From an uncultured Gammaproteobacteria bacterium (GTDB taxonomy: Bacteria; Patescibacteriota; Microgenomatia; UBA8517), in the NCBI GenBank assembly GCA_964429215.1, contig CAYSAY010000004.1, forward strand, positions 8,421-72,420: a DNA stretch of 64,000 nucleotides, given 5' to 3'. Made by a program: the position numbers and the translations under genes. The notes below the pieces were generated by a model that was not told the origin of the DNA, searched no databases, and was given only the letters and a program-made list of their open reading frames with translations. Below are positions 38,230 through 48,562 of the stretch, in pieces. How positions within the stretch are numbered: the first letter of the stretch is position 1; every line of letters starts with the position of its first letter.

Positions 38230-39723
38230 TTAGAAGGTAGGAACAGCTGTATATTTAACCTTATTAAAGTAAAATCCTGCTGGCTGTGTTGCTGTAATAT
38301 CTATTCTATAACAAACATAGGCACTTGATGAGTCAACTGGTCCTGCATTTGTCATCAAATGTGCGGTTGATGCAGCTCTATCTTCTGATGCCTCTTGGTC
38401 CGCAAATTGCTTAGCATTAAATGTTCCTGCGCTAGTATTGTATTCAAATATGCCATCAGTACCTGTTACGTTTTGCAATGAATATCCAAGTCCTGGGAAT
38501 GATGTAGGGTCTGAACCCCAGTCTCTTAATGTTTGGTGAGTACAGCCAGTTCCGTCACATACAGTGTCTTGAATACAATCTACAGATTCTCCAGCTCCTG
38601 CACCAGTACATGCAACGCCATCTTTACCCATCTGATCGTTTTCTTCTGCGTACACCTTGTATCCTGCTGTTGAATTAGTTGAAACTGTTAGTTGGTGATT
38701 TGTGTTATGAGTTGCCGCTAAATATGTTGATGATAATGTACCCCAGGCAACAGATGTCGCGGTAGTATCAGGTGAACTCGCGGTTCTTGTTATTCCGCAA
38801 TATGAACCAGAATCAGCAGAAATTCCTGCAATTGTAAATGATAATGTTTCATCAACTGTTGCAGAGATCAATACTCCTTCAATAGGGGAAACTACGACAT
38901 CTGATTGGTCAAGTGTATTATCTCCACCATCTCTTGACTTAATATTTATCTGATACGAATCTGCTTGGCCTTGAGTATGGGTTGTAAGCGGTGCAGGATT
39001 AATTAAACCTGGTGCTGAATCAATTGTAATTGTTAGTGTGGTTCCTGCTGCGCAAGTCGTAGTTGCTCTATTGATTTGTAATAAGTGATCAGTTGATGCG
39101 GTTCCTGCAGTTAACGATGCAACTGTCCAGTTAACATCAGTACAACCTGTAATTGTGATATCAGAGGTTGTCATAGGACCAATATCAAATCCGTTTGTAG
39201 CTTTTGTTGCTGCAGTATCTGGAATACCATCGTTTGTTTTTCCAGTTACGTCAACCGCAGGTATTGTAATTAACAAGTCCCCGTTTGCTGGAATTACTGA
39301 AGTTGTTACAAATGAGAGAATTAAACTTCCTGATTGTGTTGCAACTACGTAATCTGTTGCTAATAATGTGGAAGATAGAGCCGTTGACATATTAAAAGTA
39401 TTTGCCCCAATGATGTTTGCGACAGAATAGTTCACGTTTCCGTTACATCCGTTTTCAGTTGCGTTAGGAAAACAAACTGTGTCTTTTGGAAAGAGGTGAT
39501 TGGTATTATTGTCTGCATTTCCTGAAGCATCAGTTGTAACTGTTGAGGAACCAGAAGTTCCTGAAGCTACACCACCTTTATAAGAAAATCTTGCATTTGA
39601 TAAGGTTGCAGAAGCAGAAGTAAAGTTTGCTGAATAAGTTTTTTTGGAAGGTAGTACAAAACGATACACAAGACCACAAAACACTAAAATTAAAGCAAAA
39701 GTAAGTATTTTGTTTTTGGTCAT
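38230..39723 (-). CDS. secreted Thr-rich protein, C-terminal domain paralogous to the 241-aa protein
   Basis: Signal peptide; C-terminus ...KQFADQEASEDRAAS...YRIDITATQPAGFYFNKVKYTAVPTF, compare ...RQFADRSNTES...YKVNIGTGQPSGVYQNVITFIAIPSY. Confidence 0.5.
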   Translation of the reverse strand: MTKNKILTFALILVFCGLVYRFVLPSKKTYSANFTSASATLSNARFSYKGGVASGTSGSSTVTTDASGNADNNTNHLFPKDTVCFPNATENGCNGNVNYSVANIIGANTFNMSTALSSTLLATDYVVATQSGSLILSFVTTSVIPANGDLLITIPAVDVTGKTNDGIPDTAATKATNGFDIGPMTTSDITITGCTDVNWTVASLTAGTASTDHLLQINRATTTCAAGTTLTITIDSAPGLINPAPLTTHTQGQADSYQINIKSRDGGDNTLDQSDVVVSPIEGVLISATVDETLSFTIAGISADSGSYCGITRTASSPDTTATSVAWGTLSSTYLAATHNTNHQLTVSTNSTAGYKVYAEENDQMGKDGVACTGAGAGESVDCIQDTVCDGTGCTHQTLRDWGSDPTSFPGLGYSLQNVTGTDGIFEYNTSAGTFNAKQFADQEASEDRAASTAHLMTNAGPVDSSSAYVCYRIDITATQPAGFYFNKVKYTAVPTF

Positions 39724-40655
39724 TTTTTTAAGATTGGTAATTTAAATATCCTACGATATCTAAATGTTGTCAATAGGAATATAAGTATCGCAACTAACAT
39801 AAATGGAAAAACGTAAGTCACAGTTTCTGCTTTATAAATTTTAGTATCATCATCCATCTGAAATTCTAATTTATGGGTAATTTTACCTAAAAATATGTTA
39901 TGAGTTGCTTTGCATTCATCTAAGTTTTCATCTTTCAAACATAATAAATTTCTGTTTGATCCTGAAAGAATATTTAAGTTTGCAAGCTTTAAAGTTTCAT
40001 CACCAGAAATAATTTTGCCATTAGGTTTCCAAAATGAATTTCCATTGTTTCTTAAAACAAGGGTATAGGGTATAGGGTTTAGGAAGGAGTCGATGAGTTT
40101 AGGAGCTGTAAATTCAATAATTTCAGCAGATTTTTTAGGGTTACCATCTTTTGAAACTGTAACCAGTATGTTTGAACCTATTATAGTTTTATAAAAAGTA
40201 CTTGCCTGACCCAAAACATCTGTAGGGACTGTTGTCTCAATTATTAAAGTCAAAAAATGATCGGTTTCTTCAGTGCCTTCCGGTGGATTTATGGTTACTG
40301 TAAAATCAGTTCTGTTTCCGTTTTTAAGAGAGAAAGCATCTTGATTGAATTTAACCCAATCTGGAGCCACTTCGTCAGTAAGTTCAACTGTACCATCAGT
40401 TGAATCTGGGATAAAGTATAAAATTTTTGGAATTAAAATTACATCCCCACCATCGTTTGTTATAGTAAATACTTGTTTAATCTCTTTACCAGGAGCAATC
40501 ATAACCTCAAAAAGGGGAGGGGTGATAGAAAGATTTATTGCTTGAGCGCTAACTGTTTTAGGGTATAGGGTGTAGGGTATAGCGTATAAACAGGACAATA
40601 ATACAAATATTTTTATCAATCTAAACCCTAAACCCTTTTCCTTGTAGTTTTTCAT
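39720..40655 (-). CDS. cell-surface protein with signal peptide and C-terminal TM anchor
   Basis: N-terminal signal; C-terminal FPFMLVAILIFLLTTF followed by RYRRIFK. Confidence 0.5.
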   Translation of the reverse strand: MKNYKEKGLGFRLIKIFVLLSCLYAIPYTLYPKTVSAQAINLSITPPLFEVMIAPGKEIKQVFTITNDGGDVILIPKILYFIPDSTDGTVELTDEVAPDWVKFNQDAFSLKNGNRTDFTVTINPPEGTEETDHFLTLIIETTVPTDVLGQASTFYKTIIGSNILVTVSKDGNPKKSAEIIEFTAPKLIDSFLNPIPYTLVLRNNGNSFWKPNGKIISGDETLKLANLNILSGSNRNLLCLKDENLDECKATHNIFLGKITHKLEFQMDDDTKIYKAETVTYVFPFMLVAILIFLLTTFRYRRIFKLPILKK

Positions 40656-40656
40656 A

Positions 40657-41382
40657 TTAATAAGATGGTATTGCTATAAAAGTAATCACATTTTGATAAA
40701 CTCCACTAGGTTGTCCAGTTCCGATATTCACTTTATAAGTAATAGTAGCAGTTCTACTTCTTCCTACATTTCCAGAAGTCATAATTGTTGCAGGGCTTTC
40801 TGTGTTACTCCTATCAGCAAACTGCCTGTAATATGTTGAGTTGGTAAAGTCTGTAGATACATCATCCCCAGTCATGTTAAATCCAAACCCGTATTTGGCT
40901 GAAGATGTCCAGACTGCAGCTGCAGTCTCAGAGCAAGTAGTATCACAAAGAGTATCAATAATAGTTCCTGATCCTGTCCTTGTTTTTAATGGATTATTTT
41001 CAGAAGCTTTTACAGAATATCCTCCAGCTCCACCAGCAGAAACAACTATAGTTGAGGTTGTTGTAACTGGTGTATTTGGAGATAAAGTTCCAAAGTTCTT
41101 TTGAATGTCACTTATTGAAAATGAAAATGGAATAATCGAATTTATGTATTGGAAACCTGCCTTAACTCTGTATCCTGTCGATGAATATTCTCCCGGTCCT
41201 GTTTGTCCTAGCGTCGTATTTAATCTGTAATTAGAGGAAGTTGGAATCCCTGCACCAGAGTTAAAATTAGGAAATATAATACGGTAGTTTGCGGACTCAA
41301 CTCTTTCCTGTGCGTAGACAGAAAAAGTACTAAGAACTAAGTACAAAGTACTTAGAAAAAGAATTTTAAGATTTTTTCTCAT
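40657..41382 (-). CDS. secreted protein sharing its C-terminal domain with the 497-aa protein
   Basis: Signal peptide plus paralogous C-terminal ~60 aa. Confidence 0.5.
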   Translation of the reverse strand: MRKNLKILFLSTLYLVLSTFSVYAQERVESANYRIIFPNFNSGAGIPTSSNYRLNTTLGQTGPGEYSSTGYRVKAGFQYINSIIPFSFSISDIQKNFGTLSPNTPVTTTSTIVVSAGGAGGYSVKASENNPLKTRTGSGTIIDTLCDTTCSETAAAVWTSSAKYGFGFNMTGDDVSTDFTNSTYYRQFADRSNTESPATIMTSGNVGRSRTATITYKVNIGTGQPSGVYQNVITFIAIPSY

Positions 41383-41704
41383 TTTCTAATACCTCAATTT
41401 GGCTTTCCAATACTTTTTCTTCTGTTTTTAGTTCTTTAATTACTTCCTCTGCCTTAACTTTCTTTACCTCTAATAGTCGAATTCGATGAAAAAGAAATGC
41501 TATTAAAGCTAATGAAATTAAAAAATAAACAATAATTAAAAATGAATAGTCAAATACTTCAACCCATGTAATTACAAATATCGTAGTAACAATTACGGTA
41601 GCAAGGTCAATCCACTTTCGAACCTTAATATAAATTTCATTCTTTTTAAATACAAAATGAGCTGAAGTATAAAGAATAATAATAATTGCAAGTATATAGA
41701 GCAT
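41366..41704 (-). CDS. small membrane protein with C-terminal coiled coil
   Basis: Two TM helices, EEVIKELKTEEKVLESQIEVLENEKK. Confidence 0.4.
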   Translation of the reverse strand: MLYILAIIIILYTSAHFVFKKNEIYIKVRKWIDLATVIVTTIFVITWVEVFDYSFLIIVYFLISLALIAFLFHRIRLLEVKKVKAEEVIKELKTEEKVLESQIEVLENEKKS

Positions 41705-41741
41705 ATTTTCAGTTTAGTCAAAAAGAGGTAGAATATCAAAT

Positions 41742-44219
41742 ATGATATACAACCACAAAACAGTTGAAAAGAAGTGGCAAGAAAAGTGGGAGAAGGATGG
41801 ACTCTATACCCCAGATATAAAAAATACCAAGTCAAAAGACACTTTCTACAACTTATGGATGTTTCCATATCCTTCTGCAGAAGGTCTACATGCAGGTCAC
41901 GCCTTTGCCTCAACAGGAAGTGATATCTATGGAAGATTTATGAGAATGAATGGTAAAACAGTCTTTCAGCCTATTGGCTATGATTCATTTGGGATACACA
42001 GCGAAAACTATGCAATTAAAATTGGAGAAAACCCCCACGAAGTAGTGAAAAGAACAACTGCAAACTATGAATTACAAATGAGAGCCTTGGGTCATGGCTA
42101 TGACTGGACTAGAACAGTGACCACTTCTGATAGTAATTATTATAGATGGACACAGTGGCTGTTTGTCGAAATGTATAAGGCTGGTCTTGCCTACAGGAAA
42201 AATGCAGAAGTAAACTTTTGCCCTAGTTGTAAAACAGTTCTTGCTGATGAGCAAGTAATGACCCCAAAGCAAGCAGGTAAAGAGCCAAAAGACAAAGACG
42301 GAAATATTGTTCCAGATAGTGATGAGCTAAAAGTCTGCGAGAGATGTGGAACAATTGCAGAAAAAAGAAACTTGGATCAATGGTTTTTCAAAATTACAGA
42401 TTATGCAGACAGGTTGTTATCAGGACTTAATGAAATTGATTGGAGTCCAAGAGTTGCCATGGCGCAAAAAGAGTGGATAGGTAAAAAAGAAGGTGTAAAA
42501 ATAAATCATAAGGTAAAAGATTTGGACATAACGTTAACTGCATTCAGTGCATATCCGGCATGGCTTTTTGCAGACACCTTTTTGGTAGTTGCCCCAGAAC
42601 ATCCAATTGTTTCTGAGTTGGTAAGAGGTACTAAGTTTCAGATTGATGTAGAAAAATTTGTTGAAAATTTCAAAAAAAACAAAAACAGTAGGGGTAGTAA
42701 ATTGGACGATAAAGAAGGAATTTTTACAGGTAGGTTTGTAATAGATCCATTTAATGGAATAGAAATGCCAGTATATCTTGCAAACTTTGCATTAATGGGT
42801 TTTGGAACGGGTATTATAAGATGTTCTGCACATGACCCTAGAGATTATGAATTTGCAAAGAAATACGATATTGAGTTAAAAGAAATAGTTGAAAGAACTG
42901 ATCCAGAATTACCTGTTAACGCACACACTAATGAGGGAAACCTAAAAGATTCAGGTCTTTTTACGAATAAATCAATAACTCCAAAGTTAATTTCTGAAAT
43001 GCTTGATTGGATTGAGAATCAAAAAATAGGTGAAAGAAATACAAATTATCATCTTCGTGATTGGTTAGTCAGTCGTCAAAGATACTGGGGTCCACCAATC
43101 CCAATGATTAATTGTTCTAAATGTGGCTGGCAAGTAGAAGAAAATTTACCAGTTTTATTACCTGATATAAAAGACTATCAACCTGAAGGAAATGGTAGAG
43201 GTCCTTTGGCGAATCATCCAGAGTTTTTTGAGGTCAAATGTCCAAGTTGTGGAGGTGATGCAAAAAGGGAAACTGATGTAATGGATACATTTGTTGATTC
43301 AAGCTGGTATTTCTTGCGTTATCCATCGGTAGATTTGGACAATAACGCCTTCGATAAAGAAATTAGCAAAAATTGGCTTCCAGTTGATTTATATTTTGGA
43401 GGCGCAGAACATTCCGTACTTCATTTAATGTATGCAAGGTTTGTAAATATGGTTATGAAGGATAGGGGATATCTGGATCATGATGAACCATTTCCAAAGT
43501 TTTTTGCTCATGGTCTGATGATTAAAGATGGAGCAAAAATGAGTAAAAGTAGAGGTAATGTAATAAATCCCGACCAGTATGTAGAAAAGTATGGGTCTGA
43601 TACATTAAGACTATATGTGATGTTCATGGGACCTATGGATGGATATCCAGATTTTAGGGATTCAGGCATAGAAGGAATGAGCAAATTTATTAAAAGAATA
43701 TTGAATTTGTTTGATAAGCAAAGCTTGCCACTTCGTGGTAAAAAACCTACCAAAGATGATTTGCTAAGTAAGATGCATTTGACTATCAAAGCAGTAACAG
43801 ATGATATCAAGCAATTTAAGTACAATACATCGATTGCTAAAATCATGGAATTTGTTAATGAGCTTACTAAGTACAAAGTACTAAGTACTAAGTACTTGGC
43901 TGTGCTTACACAACTATTAGCCCCATTTGCACCTCATATTGCAGAAGAGCTTTGGAGTGAAGTATTAAAGCAAAAGGGATCAGTCCACCTTTCGTCTTGG
44001 CCAGAATATGATGAAAAATACTTAAAGAGCGAAACGATAACAATAGCAATTCAAGTAAATGGAAAGTTAAGATCAACAGTTACAGTTAGTAACAACGCTG
44101 ACAAAGAAAGTATTATTAGCCTTGCAAAATCTGATGAAAAAATGAAAACATGGATTGAAGGTAATGAAATTAAAAAAGAAATCTTCGTTGCTGGAAAATT
44201 AGTTAACTTTGTAATATAA
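41742..44219 (+). CDS. leuS: leucyl-tRNA synthetase
   Basis: HAGHAFASTGSDIYGRF (HIGH-type), KMSKSRGN, editing-domain and anticodon-binding regions (LAPFAPHIAEELW). Confidence 0.95.
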   Translation: MIYNHKTVEKKWQEKWEKDGLYTPDIKNTKSKDTFYNLWMFPYPSAEGLHAGHAFASTGSDIYGRFMRMNGKTVFQPIGYDSFGIHSENYAIKIGENPHEVVKRTTANYELQMRALGHGYDWTRTVTTSDSNYYRWTQWLFVEMYKAGLAYRKNAEVNFCPSCKTVLADEQVMTPKQAGKEPKDKDGNIVPDSDELKVCERCGTIAEKRNLDQWFFKITDYADRLLSGLNEIDWSPRVAMAQKEWIGKKEGVKINHKVKDLDITLTAFSAYPAWLFADTFLVVAPEHPIVSELVRGTKFQIDVEKFVENFKKNKNSRGSKLDDKEGIFTGRFVIDPFNGIEMPVYLANFALMGFGTGIIRCSAHDPRDYEFAKKYDIELKEIVERTDPELPVNAHTNEGNLKDSGLFTNKSITPKLISEMLDWIENQKIGERNTNYHLRDWLVSRQRYWGPPIPMINCSKCGWQVEENLPVLLPDIKDYQPEGNGRGPLANHPEFFEVKCPSCGGDAKRETDVMDTFVDSSWYFLRYPSVDLDNNAFDKEISKNWLPVDLYFGGAEHSVLHLMYARFVNMVMKDRGYLDHDEPFPKFFAHGLMIKDGAKMSKSRGNVINPDQYVEKYGSDTLRLYVMFMGPMDGYPDFRDSGIEGMSKFIKRILNLFDKQSLPLRGKKPTKDDLLSKMHLTIKAVTDDIKQFKYNTSIAKIMEFVNELTKYKVLSTKYLAVLTQLLAPFAPHIAEELWSEVLKQKGSVHLSSWPEYDEKYLKSETITIAIQVNGKLRSTVTVSNNADKESIISLAKSDEKMKTWIEGNEIKKEIFVAGKLVNFVI

Positions 44220-44226
44220 CTATTTT

Positions 44227-44853
44227 GTGGAGGATTTTATTCAAAAAAATCAAAAGCTTTTAATTTTTATTCTTCTAGGGCTTATCTTAATCGGTTTTGG
44301 AGTACTGACTTATAAAATAAATATCTTTTCATCTGGAGATACTGTTGAGGTCTTAAATTCTACTACAGAAAGTCAGAACATATCTTCTGACGGCAATCAA
44401 GAAATTATTGTTGAGATTTCTGGAAGTGTTGAAAATCCAGGGGTCTACAAATTAAAACTAGGGGACAGAATCGATGACCTTTTAGTAATTTCTGGTGGAC
44501 TTTCGTTAAATGCTGATAGGGACTGGGTTACAAAAAATGTTAATAGGGCAGCCAAATTAATTGACGGTCAAAAGTACTACATATATCACTCGGGAGAAAT
44601 AACTGCTAAAGACAATGGGGGTATCAAACTAGATCAGGGTGTTTTAGGGTCTAAAACACAAGACACTAAAGGTTTGGTAAATATTAACACAGGAAGCCAG
44701 TCAGAATTGGAAAAACTAGTAGGAATTGGCCCTGTTTACGCCCTAAACATAATTGAACACAGACCTTACTCAAACACAGAAGAGTTGCTTACAAAAGATA
44801 TTTTAAATAAAAATGTCTACGAAAAAATTAAAAATTCCATTACAGCAAATTAG
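44227..44853 (+). CDS. comEA: competence protein ComEA (helix-hairpin-helix DNA-binding)
   Basis: N-terminal TM helix, C-terminal INTGSQSELEKLVGIGPVYALNIIEHRP HhH motif. Confidence 0.85.
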   Translation: MEDFIQKNQKLLIFILLGLILIGFGVLTYKINIFSSGDTVEVLNSTTESQNISSDGNQEIIVEISGSVENPGVYKLKLGDRIDDLLVISGGLSLNADRDWVTKNVNRAAKLIDGQKYYIYHSGEITAKDNGGIKLDQGVLGSKTQDTKGLVNINTGSQSELEKLVGIGPVYALNIIEHRPYSNTEELLTKDILNKNVYEKIKNSITAN

Positions 44854-45898
44854 TTTCCTTTTAATAATTCTTTTAATTTTTGTAAGATATTATTCAACTA
44901 GACCTATTTTTAAAAATGGAGATTTAGTAAAAATTACATCAAAAGTTTACAACGAACCACTTGTTTTTGACAAACAACAATATTTTAAAATCCAGAGTTT
45001 AAAAGTATATCTTCCAAAATATCCAACAGTTAATTACGGCGATATAGTAGTTATTACAGGAACTATAAGTGGAGATAAATTAGTAAGTCCCAAACTTTTA
45101 GAAATCAAAGAGACAAGTAATGTTTTCTACAAAATGCGGCAAAAATTAATCTTCTTTTATAAGTCCAATCTGCCTGAACCAATGGCAAGTTTGGTAGCAG
45201 GTATAGTAATAGGCTCAAAAAACATGCCAGAAGAATTCTGGGATAAATTAAAAGCAACAGGAACAGCCCATGTTGTGGTTGCTTCGGGTACTAACGTCTC
45301 ATTACTTGCAGGATTCTTAATTTCTAGCCTCACAATTTTTCTTTCCCGCAAATATGCGGTTTTCATAGCGATTGCGGGAATCGGAATTTATGTAATTATT
45401 TCGGGTTTTGACGCCCCAATCGTGCGTGCTGGAATAATGGGTTGCATTTTATTTTTAGGTCAAGAAAAGGGAAGACTAATAAATACTTGGAGAATTCTGA
45501 TTTACTCTGCACTTATAATGCTTCTTGTAAAACCAGTTTGGATTACAGATCTTGGCTTCATTCTGTCATTTGTGGCAACTATTTCTTTACTTATTTTTCA
45601 AAAACCAATTGATTCAAGGCTAAAATTCGTTCCAAACATCTTAAGGGAGGGATTGTCGACTTCACTTGCTGCACAAATTGGGGTTGCTCCAATTATTTTT
45701 GTCACTTTTGGCAAGTTTAATATACTTTCGCCAATAATTAATGCCCTTATACTGTGGACGGTTTCCTTTATAATGATTCTGGGTGCATTAAGTGGGGTAA
45801 TAGGTTTAATCGTGCCTATATTTGGTAAAATGATGCTATATGTTTTATATCCTTTGCTTTGGTACTTCGTAAACATAGTAGGAATTTTCAATTTTTAA
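44813..45898 (+). CDS. comEC: ComEC/Rec2 N-terminal plus competence channel domain (split gene, part 1)
   Basis: MASLVAGIVIGSKNMPEEFWDKLKATGTAHVVVASGTNVSLLAGFL competence-domain signature; polytopic. Confidence 0.75.
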   Translation: MSTKKLKIPLQQISFLLIILLIFVRYYSTRPIFKNGDLVKITSKVYNEPLVFDKQQYFKIQSLKVYLPKYPTVNYGDIVVITGTISGDKLVSPKLLEIKETSNVFYKMRQKLIFFYKSNLPEPMASLVAGIVIGSKNMPEEFWDKLKATGTAHVVVASGTNVSLLAGFLISSLTIFLSRKYAVFIAIAGIGIYVIISGFDAPIVRAGIMGCILFLGQEKGRLINTWRILIYSALIMLLVKPVWITDLGFILSFVATISLLIFQKPIDSRLKFVPNILREGLSTSLAAQIGVAPIIFVTFGKFNILSPIINALILWTVSFIMILGALSGVIGLIVPIFGKMMLYVLYPLLWYFVNIVGIFNF

Positions 45899-45979
45899 TT
45901 TGCAATTTTCATTCAATTTTCATTTGACCATTGTTTCATTGTAAATTCATTGTAAATTGGAAATTGATAACTGTAAATT

Positions 45980-46819
45980 ATGCGACGAATAATAGGTTTA
46001 TTAACCCTCATTACTATAACAGTATGGATTAGTGTTTTTACTATCGATAGTGATCTTCATGTAATAGCCTGTGATGTCGGTCAAGGTGATGCAATCTTGA
46101 TACAAAAATCAACTACACAAGTTTTAATTGATGGCGGACCAAACAATTCTGTGGTAAATTGTTTAGGAAAGTACATGCCGTACTGGGACAGGACTATAGA
46201 ACTTGTAATTTTGACTCATCCTCAGGCCGATCACCACGAAGGCTTAATAGATGTCTTTAAAAGCTATAAAGTAGCTAATTTTGGACAATACAACACTAAT
46301 TCTAGCAATCAAGGGTATTCAGTGCTAAGAAACTTGGTGGGGGGTACCACCACGCATGGTATACACCTTACTAAGGGTACTAACCTTAGGCTTGGTATGA
46401 TGCAGTTAGATATACTCTGGCCAAATGAAAATAGTGATCTAACAAACATTGAATCTAAGAGCCATAATGTAAACGACGATGGTGTAGTAGTTAAGCTTAA
46501 ATACGCACAGTTTAGTGCATTATTCACAGCAGATGTCGAAAATGAAGTCTCCGATGAACTTTCAACCCTGAGCGAAGTCGAAGGGCTTAACTATATCAAA
46601 GTGAATCACCATGGTTCAAGGAACGGAATGTCTGAAAAGCTTCTGTCTGCTGTTGAGCCTAAAGTTGCCATAATCAGTAACGCCAAAAAAAATAGCTATG
46701 GACATCCACATCAAGAGATATTAAATTTACTGGATAAATATAAAGTTAAAGTTTTAAGGACTGATGAAATTGGAAATGTTGAAATAATTACAAATGGAGA
46801 GAATTTTTGGTTAAAATAA
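45980..46819 (+). CDS. ComEC metallo-beta-lactamase domain encoded as a separate ORF (split gene, part 2)
   Basis: N-terminal TM helix, ACDVGQGDAILIQ, HPQADHHEGL, VNHHGS metal-binding motifs. Confidence 0.75.
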   Translation: MRRIIGLLTLITITVWISVFTIDSDLHVIACDVGQGDAILIQKSTTQVLIDGGPNNSVVNCLGKYMPYWDRTIELVILTHPQADHHEGLIDVFKSYKVANFGQYNTNSSNQGYSVLRNLVGGTTTHGIHLTKGTNLRLGMMQLDILWPNENSDLTNIESKSHNVNDDGVVVKLKYAQFSALFTADVENEVSDELSTLSEVEGLNYIKVNHHGSRNGMSEKLLSAVEPKVAIISNAKKNSYGHPHQEILNLLDKYKVKVLRTDEIGNVEIITNGENFWLK

Positions 46820-46826
46820 ATAAATT

Positions 46827-47933
46827 ATGGAAGTATCAGCAGTTGAAAATATAAAAACTATACCAACAAGATCACGACCAAAAGTTGATTTTATAGTTGC
46901 TCCAGCACCAGCTGAAGTAAAAGGAAGAAACAAAGAAAAATACGAAGATATTTATACTGTTAAACTAGAGGTGAAAGATAATCCAGATAATTTAAGAAAA
47001 TTACAAGAGGAAACAAATTTAGAAAACTTTAGAGTTGATGCTATTTTATCAAATCAAAATGAGCTTGAAGTTGGCCAAACTCTAGAAGATAAGCTTAACA
47101 ATGCTTCCCAAGTTTATATAGTACGAGGAGGATGGTGTTCAGATAAAGAAACCCTGCTTCAGCTTGCAAATGATATCTTAAAAGTTGATTCAAACGGTGT
47201 CGTCTTGATGCTAGATCACCCAGGGCAAAGCAAAAGCGGTTTTATAGACTCTGCAAACATTGAAATAACTGATGAAATGGCGAGTCTTGAGTTTTTGAAT
47301 AGCTCAGTAAGCAAGGGAATGGACATGTTGGGAGTAAGTAGAGAAAATTTACTTGAAAAAGGCAAAAAAGTTGTTGAAATTTATCATTCAAGATCTGCTG
47401 CGGCAGGATTACTGCAAGTCTCGGACAATCCAGATGTAAAACAACTATTTTTGGCACCAGTTTTTGGTCATGAAGGGATAAAGCCAACTATCGCGAAGCG
47501 TTTGTTACCAGCAATTACGCTCTTGGGGAAAGTTATTTATAATAAAATACCAGTTTTAAGTGAATCAATAGCTGACCCAATAAGGAATTTGTTAATTGCT
47601 GCATATTCAGGTAAAGAACATAAAGAAATACTACCTCTATACGAATTTGTTTTTAGGTACACAGATAAAAGAGTACTTGCCAAATTTTTTTACAATTTGA
47701 CACAAGTTAAAATGGAGGAATTTCAAAAAGACATCTTTGATCCTAAAAGACACAGAGTAGTAGTCTATGGAAATGATATGTTTGTAGATTCAGTTGGAAT
47801 GAAAGATGAGCTACAAAGAACAATGGGCGAGAAAGCATTTAAAGAATGTGTTGAGGTTCAAGAAGGTGATCACCATGCCTTTTTAGATGTCCCAAAGGCT
47901 AATAAAGCAGCTGTCGATTTTGCCACAAGTTAA
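46827..47933 (+). CDS. hypothetical protein, possible alpha/beta-hydrolase fold
   Basis: HSRSAAAG nucleophile-elbow-like motif and C-terminal EGDHHAFLD; weak. Confidence 0.3.
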   Translation: MEVSAVENIKTIPTRSRPKVDFIVAPAPAEVKGRNKEKYEDIYTVKLEVKDNPDNLRKLQEETNLENFRVDAILSNQNELEVGQTLEDKLNNASQVYIVRGGWCSDKETLLQLANDILKVDSNGVVLMLDHPGQSKSGFIDSANIEITDEMASLEFLNSSVSKGMDMLGVSRENLLEKGKKVVEIYHSRSAAAGLLQVSDNPDVKQLFLAPVFGHEGIKPTIAKRLLPAITLLGKVIYNKIPVLSESIADPIRNLLIAAYSGKEHKEILPLYEFVFRYTDKRVLAKFFYNLTQVKMEEFQKDIFDPKRHRVVVYGNDMFVDSVGMKDELQRTMGEKAFKECVEVQEGDHHAFLDVPKANKAAVDFATS

Positions 47934-48562
47934 ATAAACAAAATTACGACTGAAGCGATCAAAAATAGTAGAGTTACATAAACAAATGGTTTTGAAATTT
48001 TTGTTAAATCAAATTTTTGTTCATTAACTAAGGGTAAACTTGTTTTGGTTGGCTTCCCCAAAATTTCTCCAAAAGTATTTCCTGAAAAACTTTGCGAAGT
48101 AGGATTTTGTGTTGTTGTGGCTGTTGATGTAGGTTCGGCTGTTGGAACCAAAGTTCCCAAAGCCGTAGCAGTCGGTTTTGCTGTCGCCGTTGCCTGCCCC
48201 GACTCAGTCGGGGTTGCAGTAGGAGTTTGGGTTGGAGCAACGCTAGTACAAAAAGGTGCAACTTTTGTATTGTTAAATTTTGATAAAACACTACCCACAA
48301 AATGCAAGTTAGGTATAATACTATCAACATTCATTCCGCAATCGTGACCTCTATGTGGTCTATTTCTAGTTCCCATTTCGTAGACATCATTTTGATAAAC
48401 ATAAAGACATCTTGGGTCTGCATCAATTTGCGATTGGTTCATACAAGGTTCATCTGCTGCTTTGGTAAAGATAAGAAGTGCAATAGATGTATTTGCAATA
48501 AAAAACAAAATAATTAAATGTATAAGATATTTTTTAAGTAGCTTTTTAAATGTTTTTTTCAT
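47930..48562 (-). CDS. membrane-anchored protein with Thr/Pro/Ala-rich low-complexity region
   Basis: N- and C-terminal hydrophobic helices, TQTPTATPTESGQATATAKPTATALG. Confidence 0.4.
   Translation of the reverse strand: MKKTFKKLLKKYLIHLIILFFIANTSIALLIFTKAADEPCMNQSQIDADPRCLYVYQNDVYEMGTRNRPHRGHDCGMNVDSIIPNLHFVGSVLSKFNNTKVAPFCTSVAPTQTPTATPTESGQATATAKPTATALGTLVPTAEPTSTATTTQNPTSQSFSGNTFGEILGKPTKTSLPLVNEQKFDLTKISKPFVYVTLLFLIASVVILFI

Noticed and set aside
40060-40600. Repeated GGGTATAGGGT(A/G)TAGGGT motifs that looked like a DNA-level element
   Set aside because: Both copies sit in frame within gene 39720..40655 and simply encode a repeated IPYTL peptide, so this is a coding-level coincidence or duplication rather than a separate element.
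41593-41913. 106-aa minus-strand ORF overlapping the leuS start
   Set aside because: It overlaps the strongly supported leuS N-terminus and the upstream gene, has no motifs, and is likely spurious.
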